Translations under genes and position numbers: made by a program
NCBI GenBank assembly: GCA_049325575.1
Contig: JBMOLK010000188.1
Coordinates: 2,758 to 66,757, forward strand
DNA length: 64,000 nucleotides
Direction: 5' to 3'
From: Bacillota bacterium
Lineage (GTDB): Bacteria > Bacillota > Clostridia > Acetivibrionales > Acetivibrionaceae
Shown: positions 10,245 through 19,231 of the stretch, in pieces
How the letters are laid out: every line of letters starts with the position of its first letter
Position numbering within the stretch: the stretch's first letter is position 1
The notes under the pieces: generated by a model
What the model was told of the DNA's origin: nothing
Seen by the model: the letters and a program-made list of their open reading frames with translations, nothing else
Database searches by the model: none

Positions 10245-10663
10245 AATTCATTCCTATTTCATGTGAAACAGGTCTTGTAGTTTCCAGCCGTCAATTAATC
10301 AGTATTTATATTCGGATTTTGTAAAGTAGGCACATAGTCTTTACTGAATAATGATGCCTATTTTTCTTATGTCTACAAATAAATTTCCATAAGTGGTTTA
10401 TATACCTGCGTAGAGTATATAAAAAATATACCTTTTTTTACCCAGGTATTTAAATAATAATATCATTAAAAGTTCATTATTAAGAAAAAATCTATAGAAG
10501 TTAACCTTTCAAGTGGCAAGTGGCTCTGGGATTAAAAACAGCAGGCATTCAATGGTTGAAGAGAATACTGACAGGCATCAGCAGTTAGATATAGAGTAAA
10601 GGGTTTAAACAGCCTGGACAAGTATGAAGAGATACTTAATTAAGTTACAAGGGGGGAATTCCA

Positions 10664-11809
10664 GTGGTTATCAAAAATATTGTTGTTGGTGCCGGCTTTG
10701 CCGGAAGTATTATGGCCCGGCTTATTGCAGAAGAAAAGGGTGAAGAAGTATTAGTTGTTGAAAAAAGAAATCACATCGGTGGTAATGCATTTGATTTTTA
10801 CAATGAAGATGGAATCCTGGTACATAAGTATGGCCCGCACATATTTCATACCAACAGCAAGTCAGTTTGGGATTATCTGTCCCGGTTTACCAAGTGGAGA
10901 TTATATCAGCATAAGGTTCAAGCGTTTATTGATGGACAGAAAGTGCCAATTCCCATAAACATAGACACCATCAATAAGCTGTATGGTACATGTTATAACG
11001 CTGATAATATTGAGGCTTTTTATAACTCAATACGGGTATCCCGGGATAGTATTGAGAACTCTGAAGATATGGTAATAAGTAAGATTGGAACGGAGCTATA
11101 TACAAAGTTTTACAAGCACTATACAAAGAAACAGTGGGATTTATATCCAAATGAGTTGGATCCGGAAGTAACTGCCCGAATACCTGTTAGGCCAAATAGA
11201 GATAACAGATATTTTTCAGATATGTATCAGGGTATACCAAAGCATGGATATACAAGGATGTTTGAAAACATTCTGGACCACCCTGGAATACATGTATTAC
11301 TAAACACCGATTTCCAAAAAACCAAGGATCACTTTAATTGTGAGAAGATAATATATACCGGATGTATTGATGAGTTCTTTGGGTTTAAATTTGGCAAACT
11401 ACCATACCGTTCACTTGATTTTGAATTTGAAACCTTAGAGCAGAAAGAGTTTCAGGAAGTAGGAACAGTAAATTTTCCTAATGACTATGATTTTACAAGA
11501 ATTACGGAGTTCAAACACCTCACAGGTCAAAAGTCTTGCAAAACCACTATCATGAGAGAGTATCCATGTGCTGACGGGGAACCGTATTATCCCATACCTA
11601 AAAAAGAGAATAATGAATTATACAAAAAATATATCACAGAGACAAGAAAACTGGAGGGAGTTTATTTTTGCGGGAGGCTTGGGAGCTACCAATATTATAA
11701 TATGGACAAGGTTGTAGAAAATTCCATGCAACTTTTTACGTTGATTTTCAAAGACAGTTCTAGCAATAGGAGAGCAATAAAACCATACAACAAAACTATT
11801 AACTTTTAG
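10664..11809 (+). CDS. glf: UDP-galactopyranose mutase
   Basis: VVGAGFAGSIMARLIAE...HIGGNAFD...GPHIFHT N-terminal FAD motif typical of UGM. Confidence 0.85.
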   Translation: MVIKNIVVGAGFAGSIMARLIAEEKGEEVLVVEKRNHIGGNAFDFYNEDGILVHKYGPHIFHTNSKSVWDYLSRFTKWRLYQHKVQAFIDGQKVPIPINIDTINKLYGTCYNADNIEAFYNSIRVSRDSIENSEDMVISKIGTELYTKFYKHYTKKQWDLYPNELDPEVTARIPVRPNRDNRYFSDMYQGIPKHGYTRMFENILDHPGIHVLLNTDFQKTKDHFNCEKIIYTGCIDEFFGFKFGKLPYRSLDFEFETLEQKEFQEVGTVNFPNDYDFTRITEFKHLTGQKSCKTTIMREYPCADGEPYYPIPKKENNELYKKYITETRKLEGVYFCGRLGSYQYYNMDKVVENSMQLFTLIFKDSSSNRRAIKPYNKTINF

Positions 11810-12981
11810 TGGAAGTAGTGAATCTAAGTTTAAAAGTAACTATGCAACAAATCACTGCGAGGAGGGTTAAAATGAATAATTTGCAAAGCTATGAAAGCAT
11901 TTCAATTATTATAATTACGCATAACCGGCAGGAGCTGGTGAAAAGGTGTATTGAATCGGTAATGACTGCAGTGGGTTCTTATAGGGGACAAGTTGAACTT
12001 ATTATTGTTAATAGTTCTACCGAGCCTTTAGGTATTAAAGGAGATTTTATAAAAGAAATATATGTACCGGAGATACCAAAACCATATAAAAAGAGAAATA
12101 TAGGAGCAAAAGAGAGTAAGTTCGAATGGTTATTATATCTTGACGATGATTGTATAGTTGATAAGGATATACTAAACATTCTAAATGGCAATATTGCTAA
12201 GGCAGGTAATAAGGTTGGAGGCTTTTATGGAGTTACACAGTTTTTTGGAGATATGACTTATGCATCAAAGTGCTGTGAGAATTCAAATTTTACAAACATA
12301 TTCAAGGCTCCTGAGTATCAGGACGAAATGGCATGGGGTGCTGCAGTAGCTCCACTATTTAGAAAGAAAGCTCTTCTTGAGGTCAACGGATTTTCCGAGC
12401 AGTTTACATCGCCGGTTGGAGGAGAGGATTTGGATTTTGGGGTTAAACTAAATGAAAAAGGGTGGATTTTAAAGGGTATACCCAAGGTTCTTTCTTATCA
12501 CGGATATGAAACCTGGAACTCCTATACCGGCAACCTAAAAAGGTTCTTTAGATACGGGATGGCTGAAACCGGTATAGTGGAGAATCACCCAAGGCATACC
12601 TTTCTAAAGCTTAATTCCTTAATTTTTCTGATCATACCGGTTTTGATAGATCTAGTGCTTTTCTATTCAGGTATTGCTGCACTATTGATTAAAATTCTGA
12701 TTTACTTGTTTGCTACTTCTATTGTCTCTATCTTTTATTATAAATTTAAGAATAAGATACCGTTTCACTATGCAGTCGGACTTGTTTTTTATGATCGGGC
12801 CTTTGAACTTGGTGCAACATTTTCTTCTATTATAACAAGAAACATTAAGACTTTGTTTTTAAGATTTGAGTATCAGAAGCAACGAAAGTTTCTTATTAGA
12901 AATCCCCTTACAAATGTATTGCTTCTACTGGAGCTGTCCAGTGTTGTTATAACTATACTGTTAAATCACACTATTCTTTAG
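11809..12981 (+). CDS. family-2 glycosyltransferase with C-terminal multi-TM domain
   Basis: ISIIIITHNRQELVKRCIESV and YLDDDC (DxD) GT-A motifs, with ~5 TM helices in the C-terminal 130 aa. The more plausible start is 11872 (MNNLQ), which has an AGGAGGG RBS. Confidence 0.7.
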   Translation: MEVVNLSLKVTMQQITARRVKMNNLQSYESISIIIITHNRQELVKRCIESVMTAVGSYRGQVELIIVNSSTEPLGIKGDFIKEIYVPEIPKPYKKRNIGAKESKFEWLLYLDDDCIVDKDILNILNGNIAKAGNKVGGFYGVTQFFGDMTYASKCCENSNFTNIFKAPEYQDEMAWGAAVAPLFRKKALLEVNGFSEQFTSPVGGEDLDFGVKLNEKGWILKGIPKVLSYHGYETWNSYTGNLKRFFRYGMAETGIVENHPRHTFLKLNSLIFLIIPVLIDLVLFYSGIAALLIKILIYLFATSIVSIFYYKFKNKIPFHYAVGLVFYDRAFELGATFSSIITRNIKTLFLRFEYQKQRKFLIRNPLTNVLLLLELSSVVITILLNHTIL

Positions 12982-13036
12982 CAATACAAAATCAATATTA
13001 ACTGGTGATTTTATAAACAGGAGGGAGTAAAACCAA

Positions 13037-14644
13037 GTGTATATGGATATAGTACCAAAGCAGATAGATAGAATAGGTACAAGCAACAACGGAGCATTTT
13101 GTTTTGACGATTGTATTGCAACATACGCGGGATACATTGGACGAAGCTATGAAATGATGTATGGCAACTGCTGGAGCTTTAGTCTAATTCCAGGACGGAT
13201 GAATGATACAACTTCTTTGGTAGAAATAATGAATACTGATAGAAATGAAAGCTATAGATTACTTGAAAAGCTTCATGGTATTAAATTGAAGAGAGAGAAG
13301 CTTTTAGAGAGTAGTAAAGCAAAAAGCTATATATTAGAGGAGTTGGAAGCCGGAAGGCCTACGGTATTTATAACAGATGCTTTCTGGTGTCCCTGGGACC
13401 CTGTGTTTCAGAAATACCATAATATTCACGCTTTCCTGATAGTCGGCTTTGACGAAACAAATAATAGTTTTATTTGTGTAGACAGCTATTTCCTAAAGTG
13501 CAATTCAGTCCTGCCGATGGAGTGCTTTATTAATGGCTATAAAGGCATATACTCCTTTGAAGCATTACCTGAACCTGTCGTTATAAATTATGAGGAAGTA
13601 ATAAGAGATCATGCGAAAAGTTTACTTTCAGGATGCAGTGGGGAAAATCATTTTGAGTTGATGCGTAGTTTTGGCAGTGAATTAATGAATATAGACATAA
13701 AAAGGCAGCTTGAAGACAGCGGTGAGTTTTGGTTATGCCCTATATTCCAGGTATTCAATTATATAATTTCTACCCGGGTTTTATATGCAAACGCTTTAAA
13801 ATACATTGCTGATAAATCCAATATCAAATATGTGGCTGAAATTTTGGAGTCTTTCCTTCTGGTTATTGAAAAATGGAATGTGGCTAAGGGAATGCTTATT
13901 AAATCCTTTAGCCTAAATAACACGCATACCGAAGTAGTGAGGAAGCTTAGCGATACAATAATTGAGCTGGCCAAAGAAGAGGAAGGGCTTGCTTTGGATA
14001 TAACTAAAGCAAATATTGACCAACTGAATATCAAAGCATCTATAAAGGATAATAAAGTAAGCAGGCAAGATATAATAAATTATTCATGTAACGATTATGT
14101 TTTTATTGACCTGTCCGGCTATTTAAACAATAAAGGCTTTGATACATATCCTCCTAAAAGCCCTATGTCCGACTTTACAAGTTATGGACACTATTTCATT
14201 AGAGAGGAAGATTTTATAAGAGATACATGGAATGTTGGAGATATGTTGTTTAAAGTACACATAGACCCTAACGAAACATATGACAATGTATCATGCATGG
14301 GGCAGGAGATATCAGTTCCAGAGGGTTATTATGGAAGGATTCGGATTATGGGGTGTTCGGAATATGGAAGCTACACGGATAAAGTTGGTATATACACAAC
14401 AGGTGGAAATGTATATAGCATTCCCATAACGTTTTATGAGTGGTGTGATAATTCAAACAAGGATATCCTGGCATGGAAGGGAAGAATTGCTCACAAAAAA
14501 GAAAACGAAGTATTGATCATTGATCAGGAACACAAGATCTATGCAAAAGAGTTTGTACTAAGCTATAACGAGAAGATAAACAAAATTAAACTACCGGAGT
14601 GTCCCAATTTGCATTTGTTTGCAATATCAATGCTTAAGTCTTAG
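13037..14644 (+). CDS. hypothetical protein, possibly BtrH-N/papain-like (GAFCFDDC Cys motif)
   Basis: 535-aa ORF with strong coding periodicity and no confident family assignment. Confidence 0.3.
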   Translation: MYMDIVPKQIDRIGTSNNGAFCFDDCIATYAGYIGRSYEMMYGNCWSFSLIPGRMNDTTSLVEIMNTDRNESYRLLEKLHGIKLKREKLLESSKAKSYILEELEAGRPTVFITDAFWCPWDPVFQKYHNIHAFLIVGFDETNNSFICVDSYFLKCNSVLPMECFINGYKGIYSFEALPEPVVINYEEVIRDHAKSLLSGCSGENHFELMRSFGSELMNIDIKRQLEDSGEFWLCPIFQVFNYIISTRVLYANALKYIADKSNIKYVAEILESFLLVIEKWNVAKGMLIKSFSLNNTHTEVVRKLSDTIIELAKEEEGLALDITKANIDQLNIKASIKDNKVSRQDIINYSCNDYVFIDLSGYLNNKGFDTYPPKSPMSDFTSYGHYFIREEDFIRDTWNVGDMLFKVHIDPNETYDNVSCMGQEISVPEGYYGRIRIMGCSEYGSYTDKVGIYTTGGNVYSIPITFYEWCDNSNKDILAWKGRIAHKKENEVLIIDQEHKIYAKEFVLSYNEKINKIKLPECPNLHLFAISMLKS

Positions 14645-14653
14645 CGGATTTGC

Positions 14654-17600
14654 ATGGTGTTTAGGGGGGAGAATATGAGTAATGTTGGTATGGAAAATAA
14701 GGTTAAGCTTTATCCACTAACCCATCCTCAAAAGAGAATATGGTATGGGGAAGTGCTTAATAAAGATACTTCCCTTTACAATATCGGAGGACCTGTAAGA
14801 ATAAGGGGATATGTAGATTTTGGTACTCTGCAGCAATCCATAAACATTTTTATAAAAAAGAATGATAGCTTAAGGATGCGGTTTAATGAACAAAACGGTG
14901 AAATAAAGCAGTATATTAGTGAATTCAAAGAGACTAAAATAGATTTTTTTGATTTCAGTACATGCAAAAATCCTGAAGATGAGTTTAACAAGTGGATAGA
15001 ATACGAAGCCGGTAAGAGATTTGACTTAAAAGAAGATTATTTATATTATTTTGCAATGTTTAAAAATGGCGAGTACGATTCCGGATACTTTGTTAAATTT
15101 CATCACTTGATAGCCGATGGCTGGTCAATGCAGATTTTGACAAGCCAGATTTGTGATATTTACATGAAACTTTTACATGGCTCCAGGATAGATGAAGAGG
15201 TTGAATATTCGTATTTAGAATATATTGATAGGGAGCAGAAGTACTTATTATCCGATAAGTTCATTAAAAACAGGAATTTTTGGAAACAAAAATTTCAAAC
15301 ATTGGATGAGGTGTATTTTGGTAAATCTTCTGAAAGCATCAAAGGGAATAGAAAGACTTTCAGGATGGATAAGGATAAATCCCTGAAGATAAAAAACTTC
15401 TCAAAAGAAAATAAATGCTCCTTGAACACACTGTTTGTTTCCTTATATTTAATCTATTTGTATAAGACAACACAACATCAAGATTTGATTATTGGAGTCC
15501 CTGTACTAAATAGATCAGGAAAAAGAGAAAAAAGCATATTTGGGATGTTTACAAGTACAATGCCTTTTAGAATGTATATAAAAGGCTCAATGACGGCAGC
15601 AGAATTTATAAACCATGTAAACAGCGAATTGATGGAATGCTATTTCAATCAGAAATATCCCTATGATCTTTTGGTGCAGGATATTGAGCTTAAGAAAAAG
15701 GGCTATAATGAGTTGTTTAATGTATGCATTAATTATTATAATACCAGGCTTAATACCGAATTTAACGGTGCTTTAACAGAAAATACGGAGTTTTATAATG
15801 GGAATCAGCTTTATTCGATGCAGATTGTTATTAAAGAATGGGAAGACTTAGGAGAAATAAACCTGGACTTTGATTATAAGTCAGGTGATTTTAGTGAAGA
15901 ACAGATCGAAAATATGTACATGTATTTAAGTAACCTGATTGATCAGATTACAGCAGATTCAATGGCTGTTATCGGATCGTTAAGGCTGCTTCCCGACTCT
16001 TCCAGGAACAGACTCATTTATGAGTTTAATTCAACATGTGTAGATTACCCGAAAAACAATACAATATTCCAGCTGTTTGAGGAGCAGGTTTGCAGGACAC
16101 CTGATAAGACTGCGGTAAGCTTTAATGGGAAAAGCATTACTTATAGAAAGCTTAACAAAAAAGCAAACCAACTTGCCAGACTGTTAAGATACAAAGGTAT
16201 TGGAAGAAATACTGCTGTAGGATTTATGACAACCCACTCAATAGAAACTGTTATAGGAATCCTGGGTGTTATAAAAGCAGGGGGTGCTTATGTGCCTATC
16301 GATCCCTGCTATCCTATGGAAAGAATAAACTATATCCTTGAAGATTCCAAGGTATCAGTTCTGCTTGCCAATTGTAGTCTGGATGGCGGTTTGGATTATA
16401 AGGTGGATATTATTGATCTTAGGGATGAAACCATATATAAAGGTGAAGCAAGTAATCCTGATTTAATAAATGAAATGAATGACCTGGTTTATATTATTTA
16501 TACTTCAGGTTCTACAGGAAAGCCTAAAGGCACAATGATAGAGCACAGGGGGCTTGTTAACTATATATGGTGGGCAAAAAAGATGTATGTAAGACATGAG
16601 GATGATGTTTTTGCGCTTTATTCTTCTTTATCCTTCGATCTTACAGTAACCTCGGTTTTTACACCACTTATAAGCGGGAATAAAATCATGGTTTATGCAG
16701 ATGACGGCGAAGAGTTTGTTCTTTACAGGATACTTGGAGATAATCAAACTACTGTTCTAAAGCTAACACCGGCACATTTATCATTGATTAAGGATTTGGA
16801 TAATAGTAATTCATCAGTTAAAAGGCTTATCGTTGGAGGAGAAGACCTAAAGGTTGTTCTTGCGAAGAGTATCTATGACAGCTTCGGAGGAGACATAGAA
16901 ATATTTAATGAGTATGGCCCTACAGAGACAGTGGTTGGCTGTATGATCCACAAGTATGATGTTGAAAAAGATACTGAACAATCAGTGCCTGTTGGTATAC
17001 CTGCTGATAATGTGCAGATCTATATTCTTGATAAAAATCTTGAGCCTGTACCTTTAGGAGTAAGCGGAGAAATTTACATTTCGGGAGATGGTGTAGCAAG
17101 AGGTTATCTGAATAGACCGGAGTTAACAGCTCAAAAGTTCATTGACAATCCATTTATTAAAGATAAGAGAATGTATAAGACAGGTGATATTGCCAGACAC
17201 CTGCCTAACGGTATAATTGAGTATTCAGGCAGGGCAGACTTTCAGGTTAAGATAAGAGGTTACCGTATCGAATTGGGTGAGATAGAGAATCAGATATTAA
17301 AAATAAAAGGTGTTGATGATGTTGTAGTTATAGACAGGGAAGACTCTTTAGGCAGCAAATACCTGTGTTCATATATTGTTTCAAAGGTACAAATGCCGTT
17401 AACAGAGATAAGGCAGTATTTGTCAGGTGTTTTACCTGATTATATGATCCCATCAAGGTTTGTATCCTTAGATAGAATTCCCCTTACAACCAACGGGAAA
17501 GTAAACAGACAGCTTTTACCCGAACCTTTGGAGGAAAATATTGATGAATCTGACTGTGTTTGCTTTAATAATAAAACAGAAGAAAAGATTATAAAAACTA

Positions 17601-19189
17601 TCAAGGAAGTGCTTAATGTTGCCAGGATAAACAGGAGAGATAATTTCTACCGGCTTGGCGGCGATTCAATTAAGGCAATTCAAATTGCAGCAAGGCTAAA
17701 CGAACTTGGCCTTAAGATAAGAGTAAAGGATATTCTATCTAAAAATGTAATTGAAAAAATCATGGCATGTGTTGAGACTGACACTGCATTTGAAGCTTTG
17801 GAAAACAAAGCCTTAGAAGGAGAAATCGGAATAACGCCAATTGTATCATGGTTTTTTGAGCAGCATTTTAAAAACCCCAATTATTATAATCAATCGGTAT
17901 TACTTTCCCTAAATACAAATGTTGGACTTGACAATATGGAGCAGGCAATAAATATATTAATCAGACATCATGATGCCCTAAGAATAAATTACAGCAGCCA
18001 GAAGGGTATTTTATATTATAACAATGACTATCTAAATGAACATCAGAAACTGCAGATATTTGACCTATCTTTCGTTCCCTTAGATGAACAGAAGGTAAAA
18101 ATGAGACAAATCTGTGAAGAGATAAAATCATCCCTGGATATTGAAAAGGGGATTTTATTCAAGGCTTGTGCGTTAGAGCTTGGTCATTACGGCAGGAGGC
18201 TTCTTTTAACAGGGCATCACCTGATTGTGGATGGTGTATCCTGGAGAATTCTGCTTGAGGACCTTGCCAGGGTTTTAGGTTCTCTGGAGAAGAATATTGA
18301 GTTGTCTCTGCCTCAAAAGTCAAGCTCACTCAAGGAATGGGCTTCACAGCTTTTAAAGCTTGGTCAGGGCAGCCTTAAACAAGAAAGAGAATATTGGAAT
18401 AACGTTATAAGCAGTAGTTTCAGTTTTCCGGTTGATTTTGATCTCGGCCATGACAATATAGAAAACTGTAACGTGAAAAGGTTTGTAATTGATGCTGATG
18501 ATACTGAAAATCTGTTAACCACAGCAAATGCTCCTTATGGTACAAATCCTAACGATCTGCTCCTTACTGCTTTGGTTGCAGCTATTAGGAAGATGTATGC
18601 TGCTGATGAGGTTGTAATAGAGCTGGAGGGACATGGAAGAGAAGACCTGTTTGACAGGTTGGATGTTACAAGGACTGTTGGCTGGTTTACAAGTATCTTT
18701 CCTGTAAAGCTTAAAGCTGTTGGTTCGGATTTAGGATCACAAATCAAGTCTATCAAAGAGCAGCTAAGGAGAGTTCCCAATAAAGGGATTGGGTTTGGTG
18801 TTTTGAAGTACATGTCAAAATTAGTTCCAGTCTGCGATAAAAGGTATGCAAGATTTAATTACCTTGGGGAGTTTGACAATAGTCAGGATGAAAATATTTA
18901 TAAAATATCACTTGAAGACTCGGGTCCTGACTCGGCTAAATCCAACCACTTGACATGTTTATTAGATATAAATGCATTGGTTTTAGACAAAAATTTAAAT
19001 ATATCAATAACTTACAGCAGAAACAAATACCTGGACGAAACGGTTGAAAAACTTATGAAGGAATACAAAAATTCACTGGCAAGTGTAATAAAACATTGCT
19101 TAGGCAAAAGACACTCTGTTGATTTTACACCATCAGATTTTGAAACATTAAATATCTCACAGGATGAACTTGACCAACTTTTTATATAG
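14654..19189 (+). CDS. NRPS module C(starter)-A-T-E with asparagine-type specificity code; ClbN-like prodrug-motif loader
   Basis: HHLIADGWS (C); YTSGSTGKPKG, NEYGPTE, YKTGD, GRADFQVKIRGYRIELGEIE (A); LGGDSIKAIQ (T); ITPIVSWFFEQ and HHLIVDGVSW (E). The hand-aligned Stachelhaus positions give D-L-T-K-I-G-E-V-G-(K). Confidence 0.9.
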   Translation: MVFRGENMSNVGMENKVKLYPLTHPQKRIWYGEVLNKDTSLYNIGGPVRIRGYVDFGTLQQSINIFIKKNDSLRMRFNEQNGEIKQYISEFKETKIDFFDFSTCKNPEDEFNKWIEYEAGKRFDLKEDYLYYFAMFKNGEYDSGYFVKFHHLIADGWSMQILTSQICDIYMKLLHGSRIDEEVEYSYLEYIDREQKYLLSDKFIKNRNFWKQKFQTLDEVYFGKSSESIKGNRKTFRMDKDKSLKIKNFSKENKCSLNTLFVSLYLIYLYKTTQHQDLIIGVPVLNRSGKREKSIFGMFTSTMPFRMYIKGSMTAAEFINHVNSELMECYFNQKYPYDLLVQDIELKKKGYNELFNVCINYYNTRLNTEFNGALTENTEFYNGNQLYSMQIVIKEWEDLGEINLDFDYKSGDFSEEQIENMYMYLSNLIDQITADSMAVIGSLRLLPDSSRNRLIYEFNSTCVDYPKNNTIFQLFEEQVCRTPDKTAVSFNGKSITYRKLNKKANQLARLLRYKGIGRNTAVGFMTTHSIETVIGILGVIKAGGAYVPIDPCYPMERINYILEDSKVSVLLANCSLDGGLDYKVDIIDLRDETIYKGEASNPDLINEMNDLVYIIYTSGSTGKPKGTMIEHRGLVNYIWWAKKMYVRHEDDVFALYSSLSFDLTVTSVFTPLISGNKIMVYADDGEEFVLYRILGDNQTTVLKLTPAHLSLIKDLDNSNSSVKRLIVGGEDLKVVLAKSIYDSFGGDIEIFNEYGPTETVVGCMIHKYDVEKDTEQSVPVGIPADNVQIYILDKNLEPVPLGVSGEIYISGDGVARGYLNRPELTAQKFIDNPFIKDKRMYKTGDIARHLPNGIIEYSGRADFQVKIRGYRIELGEIENQILKIKGVDDVVVIDREDSLGSKYLCSYIVSKVQMPLTEIRQYLSGVLPDYMIPSRFVSLDRIPLTTNGKVNRQLLPEPLEENIDESDCVCFNNKTEEKIIKTIKEVLNVARINRRDNFYRLGGDSIKAIQIAARLNELGLKIRVKDILSKNVIEKIMACVETDTAFEALENKALEGEIGITPIVSWFFEQHFKNPNYYNQSVLLSLNTNVGLDNMEQAINILIRHHDALRINYSSQKGILYYNNDYLNEHQKLQIFDLSFVPLDEQKVKMRQICEEIKSSLDIEKGILFKACALELGHYGRRLLLTGHHLIVDGVSWRILLEDLARVLGSLEKNIELSLPQKSSSLKEWASQLLKLGQGSLKQEREYWNNVISSSFSFPVDFDLGHDNIENCNVKRFVIDADDTENLLTTANAPYGTNPNDLLLTALVAAIRKMYAADEVVIELEGHGREDLFDRLDVTRTVGWFTSIFPVKLKAVGSDLGSQIKSIKEQLRRVPNKGIGFGVLKYMSKLVPVCDKRYARFNYLGEFDNSQDENIYKISLEDSGPDSAKSNHLTCLLDINALVLDKNLNISITYSRNKYLDETVEKLMKEYKNSLASVIKHCLGKRHSVDFTPSDFETLNISQDELDQLFI

Positions 19190-19231
19190 CAGAATTCAGG
19201 TACTTTAATATTAAATTGTGAGGGCTTAACT

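Noticed and set aside
10755-10958. 67-aa ORF inside glf in another frame
   Set aside because: Fully nested in a strongly supported CDS with no independent signal.
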